Positions 17,285 to 26,966 of a stretch of 64,000 nt of DNA are shown in pieces. The notes under the pieces were generated by a model. That model was not told the DNA's origin, ran no database searches, and worked only from the letters and a program-made list of their open reading frames with translations. The first letter of the stretch is position 1; every line of letters begins with the position of its first letter. This DNA comes from a bacterium. GTDB lineage: Bacteria > Patescibacteriota > Microgenomatia > Daviesbacterales > UBA10151. The stretch lies in assembly GCA_021786105.1 (NCBI GenBank), contig JAJYNW010000010.1, forward strand, positions 26,301 to 90,300. Reading direction: 5' to 3'. Made by a program: the position numbers and the translations under genes.

Positions 17285-18652
17285 ATGTTAAAGCTATATA
17301 ACACACTATCACGAAAAGTTGAGGACTTTGTTCCTATAAATACACCAAAGGTTGGACTTTATACTTGTGGCCCGACCGTTTATAACTTTGTCCATATCGG
17401 CAATTTAAGAACTTATATTTTTGAAGATATTTTGCAGAGGGTTTTAGAGGCTGATAGTTATGAAGTCAACAGAGTGATAAATATTACTGATATCGAAGAC
17501 AAAATTATCAAAAAAGCTGAGGAAGAAAGAGTAAGTATTGAGGTCATTACCAAGCCGTACGAGCAGGCTTTTTTGGAAAATTTACAAAAACTTAATATTA
17601 AATCAGCCAATGTTTATCCTAGGGCCACCGAGCACATTGGCAAAATGATCAAATATATTGAAGTTTTGATTGAAAAGGGTTTGGCGTATGTGGAAAAAGA
17701 TGGGTCAGTGTATTTTGATATTTCCAAATTCCCGGAATATGGGAAGTTATCTCAGCTTGATAAACGGGAAATTAAAGCCGGAGCTAGGGTAAAAGCTGAT
17801 GAATATTCCAAAGAAGATGTTGTCGATTTTGCCTTATGGAAAGCAGTCGGGTCGGATGAAATTGGTTATGATTCGCCGTGGGGCAAGGGTCGGCCGGGTT
17901 GGCATATTGAATGTTCGGTGATGAGTCAGGAATATTTGGGGGATACTTTTGATATTCACGCCGGAGCGGTTGATTTAATTTTTCCTCATCATGAAAATGA
18001 GATAGCTCAGTCTGAGGGTAAAACCGGTAAGAAGTTTGCTAATTTTTTTATTGAAGGCGAGCATTTGTTGGTAGACGGCCAAAAAATGGCCAAGTCTTTG
18101 GGTAATTTTTTCACCTTGAAGGATATTGAAGCCAAAGGATTTGACCCTTTGGCTTTCAGGTATTTGGTATTAACTGCCCATTACAGGGACAAATTAAATT
18201 TCACCTGGGAATCTTTGCAGGCTGCCCAAAATGCTTTAAATAATTTAAGGGAAATTATTCGTGATTGGCCTTCTTCTGTCATTGCGAGCCCCGAAGGGGT
18301 GCGGCAATCTTATTACCAGAAATTTATGAGTGCTGTCAATAATGATTTAAATATACCCCAAGCTTTGGCGGTAATGTGGGATATGGTCAAATCTGATAAT
18401 CCAACTTCTGCCAAAGCCAAATCAATTTTGGAAATGGATAAAATTTTAGGCTTAAAGTTAGATGAATATTTAGGGAAAAAACTGGAAATTCCGGAAGAAG
18501 TACAAAAGTTAGTTAACCAAAGGGAACAAGCGCGTAAATCTGGAGACTTCAAAAAATCAGATGAACTGCGCCATGAAATTAAAAAACTAGGTTTTGAAAT
18601 CGAAGATACTCCTCAAGGTCCCAAAATAAAAATTGACAAACAGCCCTCCTAG
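17285..18652 (+). CDS. cysS: cysteinyl-tRNA synthetase
   Basis: Class I HIGH-like (CGPTVYNFVHIGN) and KMSKS (KMAKSLGN) motifs. Confidence 0.9.
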   Translation: MLKLYNTLSRKVEDFVPINTPKVGLYTCGPTVYNFVHIGNLRTYIFEDILQRVLEADSYEVNRVINITDIEDKIIKKAEEERVSIEVITKPYEQAFLENLQKLNIKSANVYPRATEHIGKMIKYIEVLIEKGLAYVEKDGSVYFDISKFPEYGKLSQLDKREIKAGARVKADEYSKEDVVDFALWKAVGSDEIGYDSPWGKGRPGWHIECSVMSQEYLGDTFDIHAGAVDLIFPHHENEIAQSEGKTGKKFANFFIEGEHLLVDGQKMAKSLGNFFTLKDIEAKGFDPLAFRYLVLTAHYRDKLNFTWESLQAAQNALNNLREIIRDWPSSVIASPEGVRQSYYQKFMSAVNNDLNIPQALAVMWDMVKSDNPTSAKAKSILEMDKILGLKLDEYLGKKLEIPEEVQKLVNQREQARKSGDFKKSDELRHEIKKLGFEIEDTPQGPKIKIDKQPS

Positions 18653-18671
18653 ATATAAACTATCGGATAAT

Positions 18672-19190
18672 ATGACAGCAGAGTTTGAACAATTACCGAC
18701 AACCCATTTTTTAGTAAGACAAGGAATAATTGGATCAGGAAATTCAGTGTTGCCTTGGAAAGGGCGAATTTTTGAGAGAGTTCCTATTAATGTAACAGTG
18801 AATTGGAAACCAGGAATTACAGATGTAGAAATTAGCAATCAATTTGTTGCAGAGAGATTGCAGATCAGAGAAGTATTTGCTGATATGGTTATGCTAAGGC
18901 AAAATGCGTTTGGTATAAAAGGAATCATTCTGGAGCCAGACAACAAAGATTTTGACTGGTATTTTGGTTCTTTTGACCCAAATTCTCGTGATCTTTATTT
19001 AAAAAGAGAGGGCCGCGATTGGATAACAGTACCTACAAATATTGGAAGCTTTCCACAAAGAATAGTAGCTGATATTGATAGAGAGAAAACAGAAAGATAT
19101 TTACCTAAAGGGGGAACAGTGGATGAAGCTATTGAAGCATTTATGAGAATTAGAAGAATAATAGAATCTGCAATTCCGTTTACAACCTAA
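18672..19190 (+). CDS. hypothetical protein
   Basis: 173 aa from the internal Met (MTAEFEQL). No family recognized; A-ending codons dominate, unlike cysS. Confidence 0.4.
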   Translation: MTAEFEQLPTTHFLVRQGIIGSGNSVLPWKGRIFERVPINVTVNWKPGITDVEISNQFVAERLQIREVFADMVMLRQNAFGIKGIILEPDNKDFDWYFGSFDPNSRDLYLKREGRDWITVPTNIGSFPQRIVADIDREKTERYLPKGGTVDEAIEAFMRIRRIIESAIPFTT

Positions 19191-19242
19191 TTTATTTCCT
19201 GATTTTTATTTTCTTCACGGCTGTGAACATTTTGGAAATCAA

Positions 19243-19298
19243 GATTGCTTTGTCGCTTTTTGTCATCGCGAGACCAGAAGCGACAAAATAGCCAATGG
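19243..19298. repeat. palindromic element related to the TGTCAT..CGCGAG family (GATTGCTTTGTCGCTTTTTGTCATCGCGAGACCAGAAGCGACAAAATAGCC)
   Basis: Hairpin arms TTTGTCGCTT/AAGCGACAAA. The GATTGCTT and TGTCATCGCGAG blocks recur at other loci. Confidence 0.4.
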
Positions 19299-19326
19299 TT
19301 GTGGTATATTTTGTATAAAATCCTTA

Positions 19327-19358
19327 GGTGTAGCTACACTTCCACCTCGGAGGTGGAA
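19327..19358. repeat. two adjacent perfect palindromes (GTGTAGCTACAC and TTCCACCTCGGAGGTGGAA)
   Basis: The second is related to the CACCTCGAAGG/CCTTCGAGGTG palindrome found twice inside purL. Confidence 0.4.
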
Positions 19359-19411
19359 TCAGAATTACATAGATAGTTTTGAGCGGTTGAATTGTGGTAA
19401 ACTAGATCCTT

Positions 19412-20110
19412 GTGGAAACTGAAGTTATTACAATTGACGGGCCGACCAGTTCCGGGAAAAACAGCGTGGGTTTTTTACTGGCGCAAAAATTAGGCTACCA
19501 ATATATTGATTCCGGTTCAATTTACCGGGCCGGCAGTATTTTCGTTTTGCGGAACAATATTTCCCCAGATAGCGAAAAAGTTGCGGAAGTTTTCAAAAAT
19601 CTGCAAATAGAAACTAAAACTCAAGATCATGAGGTGAGGTTTTTGGTAAATGGGGAAGATATCACAGATCATTTGCATGATCCCGAGGTGACTAAAACTG
19701 TTCCAATTGTTGCTGCTATTGGGGAGGTTAGAGAAGAGGTTAAAAAAATCCAATACAATTTAGTAAATTCTAAAAATACGGTTATGACCGGTAGGGATAT
19801 CGGTTCAGAAATTTTTCCCGATGCCATGCATAAGTTTTATTTAACTGCTTCAGTTGAAGTAAGAGCCCAAAGGCGTTTTAAGCAGTTAGTGGAAAAAGAT
19901 CCAAAAGTAAAATATGAGGAAATTTTGAAGAGTATGGAAGACAGGGATGAGAAGGATATGACTAGAGAGGTGTCCCCCTTACGGATTCCGGAAGATGCGG
20001 TGGTGATAGATAACTCGGATTTAACTATTGAACAAACAGTGGAAAAGATGTTGAAGTATATACAATCAAATGTCATTGCGAACGAAGTGAAGCAATCTGG
20101 GTCGGGTTAA
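19412..20110 (+). CDS. cmk: cytidylate kinase (GTG start)
   Basis: P-loop GPTSSGK and CMP-binding motifs, 232 aa. Confidence 0.85.
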   Translation: METEVITIDGPTSSGKNSVGFLLAQKLGYQYIDSGSIYRAGSIFVLRNNISPDSEKVAEVFKNLQIETKTQDHEVRFLVNGEDITDHLHDPEVTKTVPIVAAIGEVREEVKKIQYNLVNSKNTVMTGRDIGSEIFPDAMHKFYLTASVEVRAQRRFKQLVEKDPKVKYEEILKSMEDRDEKDMTREVSPLRIPEDAVVIDNSDLTIEQTVEKMLKYIQSNVIANEVKQSGSG

Positions 20111-20120
20111 ACATTAACTA

Positions 20121-20156
20121 GATTGCTTCGTCACTCCGTTCCTCGCAATGGCAAGG
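20121..20156. repeat. degenerate copy of the palindromic element (GATTGCTTCGTCACTCCGTTCCTCGCAATGGCAAGG) just upstream of the M16 peptidase gene
   Basis: It shares the GATTGCTTCGTC and CTCGCAATG blocks with 32870-32903 and supplies AAGGAG upstream of the ATG at 20166. Confidence 0.4.
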
Positions 20157-20165
20157 AGTAGTTCT

Positions 20166-21431
20166 ATGCATAAGATGTTTACATTAAAAAATGGCTTAAC
20201 GGTGATGACCATAGATATGCCACATCTCGATTCGTTAACTACGTTGGTAGCCATAGGAGCGGGTTCAAGGTACGAGCAAAAAAGAACCAATGGTATTTCT
20301 CATTTTTTGGAGCACATGTTTTTCAAAGGATCGGTAAAATACCCCACCGCCGAACAGATTGCTACTTTAGTTGACGGCATCGGGGCAGTTAATAATGCTG
20401 CAACTGACAAAGAAATTACTTATTATTGGATTAAATCATCAGCCAAAAATGTCAAGTTAGCTTCCGATCTTCTTTCTTCGATGATCAAGGAATCACTGCT
20501 TGCAGAGGAAGAAATAGAACGCGAAAAAGGAGTGATTGTGGAAGAGCTGAGGATGTACCGGGATAACCCGACCAGGTATGTTTGGGAATTGTATGAAAGA
20601 TTGCAGTTTGGGAACCAGCCTTTAGGTTGGGATATCGGAGGGGATGAAAAAACAGTTACCAATATCAGCCGACAAGATTTAATTTCTTATATGGATTCGC
20701 TTTATTCCCCTAAAAATATAGCACTTATTTACGTCGGGAAATTACCAGAAGATATTAGAAAAATTGCCCAAGAGTATTTTGCAGATTTACCTGAACGGTC
20801 AGAGTATTCTCCCAAAGCCTATCAGAGGAAGAAGCAAATCGAGCCGAAAGCCAGGGCCTTTTATAAAGCTACGGATCAGGCAAACCTGGTTTTAGGAATG
20901 GAAGGTTTTGATCGTTATGATGACAAACGTTATCCTGCCAAGGTTTTAGCCTCAATCTTAGGAGAGGGAATGTCTTCGAGATTATTTATTCAGGTTAGGG
21001 AACGAAGAGGTTTGGCTTATCATATTAGTGCCCACCACAGCAGCTATAAAGATATCGGTACTTTTACTGTTTATGCCGGATTGAAACTGGAAAAAGTGTA
21101 TGAAGGGTTAGAAGTAATTTTAGCAGAGTTGCAAATTTTGACTTCCGAAAAAGTGACAGATGATGAGCTTAAAAAAGCCAAGGAAATGATTAGAGGGAGA
21201 ATTGCTTTGCAGTCCGAGTCCACTAATTTCTTGGCGGAATATTTTGGCACTAACTTTGTTTTGGATAGAAAAGTTGAAACCTTTGATGAAATTTTGAAAA
21301 AGGTTGACAAAACTACTAAAGAAGATATACAAAATCTGGCGCAAGAATTATTTGTCAAAAATAAGTATAACCTGCAGGTTATCGGTCCTTTTAAAAATGC
21401 CAATAAATTTGAGATTATCTTAAACAAGTAA
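20166..21431 (+). CDS. M16 family zinc peptidase (insulinase-like)
   Basis: HFLEHM inverted zincin motif. The start was trimmed to the Met after the repeat-encoded MARSSS extension. Confidence 0.8.
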   Translation: MHKMFTLKNGLTVMTIDMPHLDSLTTLVAIGAGSRYEQKRTNGISHFLEHMFFKGSVKYPTAEQIATLVDGIGAVNNAATDKEITYYWIKSSAKNVKLASDLLSSMIKESLLAEEEIEREKGVIVEELRMYRDNPTRYVWELYERLQFGNQPLGWDIGGDEKTVTNISRQDLISYMDSLYSPKNIALIYVGKLPEDIRKIAQEYFADLPERSEYSPKAYQRKKQIEPKARAFYKATDQANLVLGMEGFDRYDDKRYPAKVLASILGEGMSSRLFIQVRERRGLAYHISAHHSSYKDIGTFTVYAGLKLEKVYEGLEVILAELQILTSEKVTDDELKKAKEMIRGRIALQSESTNFLAEYFGTNFVLDRKVETFDEILKKVDKTTKEDIQNLAQELFVKNKYNLQVIGPFKNANKFEIILNK

Positions 21432-21438
21432 ATAAAAG

Positions 21439-22686
21439 ATGAATACTTTTGACTCTGCGCTTTCAAGGCTTACGCAGGCAGCAAAATATGAGTCTTTGCC
21501 GGAGTGGTTTTTAGAAACTTTATCTGTTCCTGAAAGGACTATCCAATTAAATTTTCCAGTCAAAAGAGATTCAGGAAAAATTGAGATAATGAGTGGTTAC
21601 CGGGTTCAATACAATAATTTGTTAGGTCCTTACAAAGGCGGTTTGCGTTTTCATACTAAGGTAGATATGGATGAAGTTAAGTCTTTGGCTTTTTGGATGA
21701 TGATTAAAAATGCCGTAATCAATATTCCTTTTGGCGGCGGTAAGGGCGGAGTCGAAGTTAATCCGAAAGATTTATCCAAGGCAGAACTGGAAAGATTAAC
21801 CAGGCAATTTACCAAAAAATTAGCTCCGAATATTGGTCCCTATACGGATGTGCCGGCACCGGATGTGAACACCAATGCCAAAATTATGGATTGGATAACT
21901 GATGAGTTTAGAGTCAGGAGCGAAGAACTAAAAATTAAATACAATGAGAATGAATCAAAGGCAGTAGTGACGGGAAAGTCGGTAGAGAACGGCGGATCCT
22001 TAGGGCGGGAAGAGGCAACGGGACTGGGGGGATTTTTTGTGCTAGAGCAGCTGATTAAAAAGTTAGATTTTAATAAGCCGTTAACTGTGGCAGTACAGGG
22101 TTTTGGAAATGTTGGTTCGCATATGGCGGCGCTGCTTTTTGAAAATGGTTATAAAGTTGTCGGACTTTCTGATTCCAAGGGAGGAATTGTTGAACAATCG
22201 GGCAAAGGTTTTAACGTTAATTCAGTAAAAAGTTGTAAGCTAGAAAAAGGCTTAATCAGCAGTTGCTCTCCCATCAATATTTCTAATGAAGAGTTATTTG
22301 AAATGGAGGTAGATATTTTAATTCCGGCTGCTTTGGAAAATGTTATAACTTCTGAAAACGCCAATAAAATAAAAGCCAAAATTGTTTTTGAGATGGCCAA
22401 CGGGCCGGTGATGGCAGAGGCTGATGAGATTTTAAAAGAAAAGGGAATTATTGTTGTGCCGGATGTTTTGGCCAATTCCGGAGGGGTGACTGTATCGTAT
22501 TTTGAATGGTTGCAGAATATTGAAGGTAAAAAGTGGACTTTGGAAGAAGTCAATAAAAAACTGCAAGAAAAAATGGAAACGGCTTTTGAAGAAGTCTGGA
22601 AGATGTATGCGGAGAAAAAAGTAGATCTGAGAACTGCAGCTTATGTTTTAGCGTTGCAAAGATTAGCGCAAAAAGCGGGCCTCTAA
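21439..22686 (+). CDS. gdhA: glutamate dehydrogenase
   Basis: GDH motifs (GPYKGGLRFH, GGGKGG) and a Rossmann GFGNVG. Confidence 0.9.
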   Translation: MNTFDSALSRLTQAAKYESLPEWFLETLSVPERTIQLNFPVKRDSGKIEIMSGYRVQYNNLLGPYKGGLRFHTKVDMDEVKSLAFWMMIKNAVINIPFGGGKGGVEVNPKDLSKAELERLTRQFTKKLAPNIGPYTDVPAPDVNTNAKIMDWITDEFRVRSEELKIKYNENESKAVVTGKSVENGGSLGREEATGLGGFFVLEQLIKKLDFNKPLTVAVQGFGNVGSHMAALLFENGYKVVGLSDSKGGIVEQSGKGFNVNSVKSCKLEKGLISSCSPINISNEELFEMEVDILIPAALENVITSENANKIKAKIVFEMANGPVMAEADEILKEKGIIVVPDVLANSGGVTVSYFEWLQNIEGKKWTLEEVNKKLQEKMETAFEEVWKMYAEKKVDLRTAAYVLALQRLAQKAGL

Positions 22687-23184
22687 ATTTTTTTTGATTT
22701 GTAAGGAAATAAAGATTGCCACAATTGCTGTTACAAATCCTCCCAATATATCCAAAGGATAATGTACGCCGACAAAAATCCTTGATAGTCCTACCCAACA
22801 CATGATAAACAATAAAAGCAGTGACCACCTGGATTTGAAATAAGTATAGGCAAAAGCCAATACAGCAGTAATGGCAGCATGATGGGAGGGAAAGGAGGCG
22901 CCTGCTTTTTCGGGAACAATAGGGGTGAAATGAAAATTGGCAAAAGGTCTGGGTTCAAAAAAGAAAAGGTGGATGATAACAATCAGTAAAAGGGCTATGG
23001 GTACGCTGACTAAAATTAATAACAGGGCTTTTTTCTCGCGGATGCTGCCTTTAATTCCCAGAATTAAAACCAGTAACAGCGCCAGATAGATCAAGTAAGT
23101 GGCACCAAACACCATTAATTTATCTAGGACTGGAAAGCGTCCGTTTAAATTAAATATTTGAAAGAAAAGGCTAACGTTGTCCAT
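22663..23184 (-). CDS. PAP2 family phosphatase (undecaprenyl-diphosphatase-like)
   Basis: PAP2 motifs PSHH and SRIFVGVHYPLD in a 173 aa membrane protein. Confidence 0.7.
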   Translation of the reverse strand: MDNVSLFFQIFNLNGRFPVLDKLMVFGATYLIYLALLLVLILGIKGSIREKKALLLILVSVPIALLLIVIIHLFFFEPRPFANFHFTPIVPEKAGASFPSHHAAITAVLAFAYTYFKSRWSLLLLFIMCWVGLSRIFVGVHYPLDILGGFVTAIVAIFISLQIKKNLEARFLR

Positions 23185-23193
23185 TATTTCGCT

Positions 23194-23559
23194 TCAGAAT
23201 GACAAAATGTAAGGCCAAAAGATTATGATCCCCAAAATTGCGGAAGTGATAGCAGCAATTAAAACTGCCCCGGCGGAAATATCTTTGGCATACTTGGCTC
23301 TCGGGTGTTCTTTGTCTGTAAATGCATCAACTACTGCCTCGACTGCGGTATTGGTTAATTCTACGGAAATGACAAACCCGATTAAGAAGACAATAATTAA
23401 CCAGTCCTGGCGGGAAAGATTTAAAATGAGAGAGACGATAATAACAGCTAATCCTGCAACAAAATGAAATTTTAAATTTGGTTCTTCTCTTAAGGCGGCA
23501 ATAATTCCGGCGCAAGCATATTTAAAAGAGAGTATTCTCCTGTTTGCCAAATTTTCCAT
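23194..23559 (-). CDS. dgkA: diacylglycerol kinase (prokaryotic DgkA/undecaprenol kinase family)
   Basis: 121 aa, three TM helices, NTAVEAVVD signature. Confidence 0.8.
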   Translation of the reverse strand: MENLANRRILSFKYACAGIIAALREEPNLKFHFVAGLAVIIVSLILNLSRQDWLIIVFLIGFVISVELTNTAVEAVVDAFTDKEHPRAKYAKDISAGAVLIAAITSAILGIIIFWPYILSF

Positions 23560-23592
23560 AACCTAATTTTAGTATACCATTTTTTAATACAC

Positions 23593-23621
23593 TTGACTCA
23601 TAGCTTAAATTTGGTTATATT
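23593..23621 (+). promoter_or_regulatory. candidate promoter for purF (-35 TTGACT, 17 nt spacer, -10 TATATT), 5 nt from the ATG, implying a near-leaderless transcript
   Basis: Hexamers read directly. There is no SD before purF. Confidence 0.35.
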
Positions 23622-23626
23622 AGGCT

Positions 23627-25045
23627 ATGGGAAAGAGATTGAAAGAGAAATGTGGAATATTTGGAGTTTATGGAACGGGATTTGAGGCAGCCCGATTAGT
23701 TCACCCCGGGCTTTGGGCCTTGCAACATCGAGGCCAAGAATCTTCCGGAATTGCATCTTCTGACGGTAAAAAGATCTATCTTCATAAAGGCATGGGCTTA
23801 GTTTCTCACGTTTTCGGAGAAGAAGACTTAAAAAAATTAAAAGGATATTTAGCAATTGGTCATAATCGTTATTCCACCTCAGGCGATTCAATTGACTCCC
23901 ACGCCCAACCAATTTTAGAAAAAATTAATGCTAATAAATTCATTGCCTTAGTCCATAACGGCAACCTTCCCTCCACTCAAAAGTTAGCAGAATTCCTAAA
24001 GGATAAAAAGGTTAGTGCATCCGGTCTTAATGATTCGGAAATGATTACTAAGGCAATTGCAGTTTTAGTCAAAGAAGGTTTAAGTTTGGAAGCGGCTATT
24101 AAAAAAGCATACCCTTTATTTACCGGTGTATTTTGTTTGTTGATTATGAATGAGGAAAAAATAATTGCGGTCAGGGATGGTTTCGGAATCAGGCCGCTTT
24201 GTTTGGGGAAATTAAACGGAGGGTTTATTGTAGCATCTGAAACCTGTGCCTTAGACATTATCGGAGCCAAATTTTTGCGGGAGGTGAAACCTGGTGAGAT
24301 GGTTATACTTGATGATAAAGGTTTACAAGGTGTCCAGATTGAAAAAGGTCAACAAAAGCTGGATGTTTTTGAATATGTCTATTTTGCCAGACCCGACAGT
24401 ATAATTTTGGGAAAAAGCGTTGATGAAGTCAGACAGAATTTAGGCAAAGAATTGGCTCGGGAAAATCAGATCAAAGCTGATATGGTCATCCCGGTTCCCG
24501 ATTCTGCAATACCGGCAGCCATAGGTTTTTCTAAAGAGTCAAAAATCCCTTTTGAAATGGGCCTTATTAAAAACCGCTATATTCACCGAACTTTTATTTC
24601 TCCGGAAGTACATGCCCGTCATAAAATGGTCCAATTAAAGCTTAACCCGATGCCGCATGTCCTCAAAGGGAAAAAGGTGATTATTATTGATGATTCAATA
24701 GTTAGAGGAACAACTTCAAAACAAATTATTAAAATGATTAAAGATGCCGGGGCTAAAGAAGTTCATTTATTGGTTTCCTCGCCTCCGGTGAAATTCCCGG
24801 ATTTTTATGGTATCGATACTCCTAAACAAAAGGATTTGATCGCGGCAGAAAAAAATATCAAGCAGATTGCCCAGGAGTTAGGGGTAGATTCCTTGCATTA
24901 TTTATCTTATCAAGGTTTGATAAAAGCCATTGGTTTGCCTGAAAATCTACTCTGCACCGCCCTTTTTAATGGCAATTATCCTGTGGATATCGGGGAAAGA
25001 AGGAAAGAGATAGTTTATGAAAAAAATAGCAGTTTTAATATCTAA
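23627..25045 (+). CDS. purF: amidophosphoribosyltransferase
   Basis: N-terminal CGIFGV glutamine amidotransferase nucleophile and a PRTase domain (VIIIDDSIVRGTT). Confidence 0.9.
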   Translation: MGKRLKEKCGIFGVYGTGFEAARLVHPGLWALQHRGQESSGIASSDGKKIYLHKGMGLVSHVFGEEDLKKLKGYLAIGHNRYSTSGDSIDSHAQPILEKINANKFIALVHNGNLPSTQKLAEFLKDKKVSASGLNDSEMITKAIAVLVKEGLSLEAAIKKAYPLFTGVFCLLIMNEEKIIAVRDGFGIRPLCLGKLNGGFIVASETCALDIIGAKFLREVKPGEMVILDDKGLQGVQIEKGQQKLDVFEYVYFARPDSIILGKSVDEVRQNLGKELARENQIKADMVIPVPDSAIPAAIGFSKESKIPFEMGLIKNRYIHRTFISPEVHARHKMVQLKLNPMPHVLKGKKVIIIDDSIVRGTTSKQIIKMIKDAGAKEVHLLVSSPPVKFPDFYGIDTPKQKDLIAAEKNIKQIAQELGVDSLHYLSYQGLIKAIGLPENLLCTALFNGNYPVDIGERRKEIVYEKNSSFNI

Positions 25046-26966
25046 CAAAGGTACAGGTACTAATCTACAAGCAATCATTAACGGGGTAGAAAGCGGAAAA
25101 ATTCCGGCTAAAATTGCAGCGGTAATTTCTGATACACCTGAAGCGCAAGGTTTAACAAGAGCCAAAAAACACAGACTTCCAATTAAAATAGTTCCGAAAA
25201 AAGAAGGACTGTCAGCAGTATTAAAAAAGCTGAACCCTGATTATATTTGTTTGGCTGGATGGAAACAGATTATTTTGGATGAGGTGATTGAGGCATTTCC
25301 TAATCGAATTTTAAATGTTCACCCCGGGCTTATACCGGATACAATGGACGGAGTTGTTAAAAATCCGGACGGAACCAACGGTCTATGGAATAAAGGGAAA
25401 ATGACCGATAAGGCCATGCAGAACTTTTTTGATAATAAGGCAACATATGCCGGTTCAAGCATTCATTTCTTAACTTTGGAATTTGATTTCGGACCGGTAT
25501 TGGGTAGAGGTTTTGAAGAGATAAGACGCGGGGATACCGTTGAATCTTTATATTCTAGATTAAAAATCAAAGAGAATAAATTGTATGCAGAGGTTTTGGC
25601 AAAACTTTGTTCTTCCCAAACCGTCTTAATTATTGATGGAGGCGGAAGAGGGTCAGTGCTGGTTGATAAATACGGGCAAAGCGAACAAATAGGGAAAATT
25701 TTAGTTATTCCCGGTAACGATCTGATGCAAATCAATACCAAAAAGCCGGTGATGACTTACCAACATTTGAAAACTACATCAGTTGACGAAATTTTAGAAA
25801 TTTGCCAAAAAGAAAAAGTGGATTTAGTGGATGTAGCTCAGGATAATGCAGTGGAAGTTGGGTTAGTAGATAAGCTGCAAAAAAATAAAATACCGGTAGT
25901 TGGTCCAACCAGGTTAGCCGGACAAATCGAATGGGATAAAGGATGGTCAAGGGATTTTATGAGAAAATATCAAATTGCGCACCCTAAGTATTATGTTTTC
26001 TCAACGGAAAAGGATGGAATAAAATTTGCAGAAGAATCAGAAAACCCTAAATGGTTTGTGAAAGCGGCTGGTTTGGCAGAGGGTAAAGGGGTGATACCGG
26101 CAGAGAATAAAAAAGATGTAATTAACGCTATCAAGCAAATGAGTAAATTTGGCAGCTCCGGCAAAACTTACTTATTGGAGGAATGGCTAACAGGTGAAGA
26201 ATTCTCGGCTTTTGCAATTTGCGATGGGAAAACTTTTAAATTGGTAGGTTTTGCTCAAGACCATAAAAGGGTAGATGATGGCGATCAAGGTCCTAATACC
26301 GGAGGGATGGGTTGTGTGTCCAGTCCTTTAATAGTTGATAAAAATATTAAAAGCCAGATAGAGGAAATCTTTAAAAAAGCTATGGCAGGTTTAAAAAAAG
26401 AAAAAAGGCCATACCAAGGAGTTTTGTATTTGGGTGGGATAGTAGTTGGAGGAAAAACTTATGTAATTGAATTTAATGCCAGGTGGGGAGATCCGGAGGC
26501 AGAAGTAATTGTGCCGTCTATCAAAAATGATTTGTTTGATTTATCAAAGGTTATAATTTCGGGAAGGATTAAAGACTTTGATGTCAGAACAGATAACAAA
26601 GTTAGAGTGGCAGTAGCGGGTGCAGCAAAAGGTTATCCGGTTGATTATTCTAAAGTTAAAGGTAAAAAAGTGTTGGGAATTGATAAAGCTATGCAAACAG
26701 GAGTTAAAATTTATGGCGCGGGTATTAAAAAAATTGACGGAGATTTTGTAGTTAATGGTGGCAGGGTTTTATATATGGTGGCGGAAGGAAAGAATATTAT
26801 GGACGCAAGAGAAAAAGCTTATAAAGCTATGAAATTGATAAAAATTGAGGGAGATAACTTGCATTACAGAAAAGATATTGGTTGGAGGGATGTTGAGCGA
26901 ATGCGAAATCCTGAGCGAGCGAAGCGAGTCGAAGGAGAAAGGCTGAAAAATGATACAAAAAGTTAG
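25017..26966 (+). CDS. purN-purD: fused GAR transformylase (PurN, N-terminal) and GAR synthetase (PurD, C-terminal)
   Basis: N-terminal PurN motifs (NVHPGLIPD) followed by a PurD ATP-grasp, 649 aa in total. The 3' tail is encoded by a degenerate copy of the GAGCGAAGCGAG element. Confidence 0.85.
   Translation: MKKIAVLISNKGTGTNLQAIINGVESGKIPAKIAAVISDTPEAQGLTRAKKHRLPIKIVPKKEGLSAVLKKLNPDYICLAGWKQIILDEVIEAFPNRILNVHPGLIPDTMDGVVKNPDGTNGLWNKGKMTDKAMQNFFDNKATYAGSSIHFLTLEFDFGPVLGRGFEEIRRGDTVESLYSRLKIKENKLYAEVLAKLCSSQTVLIIDGGGRGSVLVDKYGQSEQIGKILVIPGNDLMQINTKKPVMTYQHLKTTSVDEILEICQKEKVDLVDVAQDNAVEVGLVDKLQKNKIPVVGPTRLAGQIEWDKGWSRDFMRKYQIAHPKYYVFSTEKDGIKFAEESENPKWFVKAAGLAEGKGVIPAENKKDVINAIKQMSKFGSSGKTYLLEEWLTGEEFSAFAICDGKTFKLVGFAQDHKRVDDGDQGPNTGGMGCVSSPLIVDKNIKSQIEEIFKKAMAGLKKEKRPYQGVLYLGGIVVGGKTYVIEFNARWGDPEAEVIVPSIKNDLFDLSKVIISGRIKDFDVRTDNKVRVAVAGAAKGYPVDYSKVKGKKVLGIDKAMQTGVKIYGAGIKKIDGDFVVNGGRVLYMVAEGKNIMDAREKAYKAMKLIKIEGDNLHYRKDIGWRDVERMRNPERAKRVEGERLKNDTKS
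26895..26940. repeat. degenerate GAGCGAAGCGAG-type element forming the C-terminal codons of purN-purD
   Basis: CCTGAGCGAGCGAAGCGAGTCGAAGG resembles the TGTCATTCTGAGC..GCGAAGAATC elements at 28590 and 36124. Confidence 0.35.

Noticed and set aside
19191-19411. Possible tRNA or other structured RNA in the 220 nt gap before cmk
   Set aside because: No cloverleaf could be drawn, with no T-loop GTTCRANYC and no acceptor/CCA context. The palindromes fit the repeat family instead.
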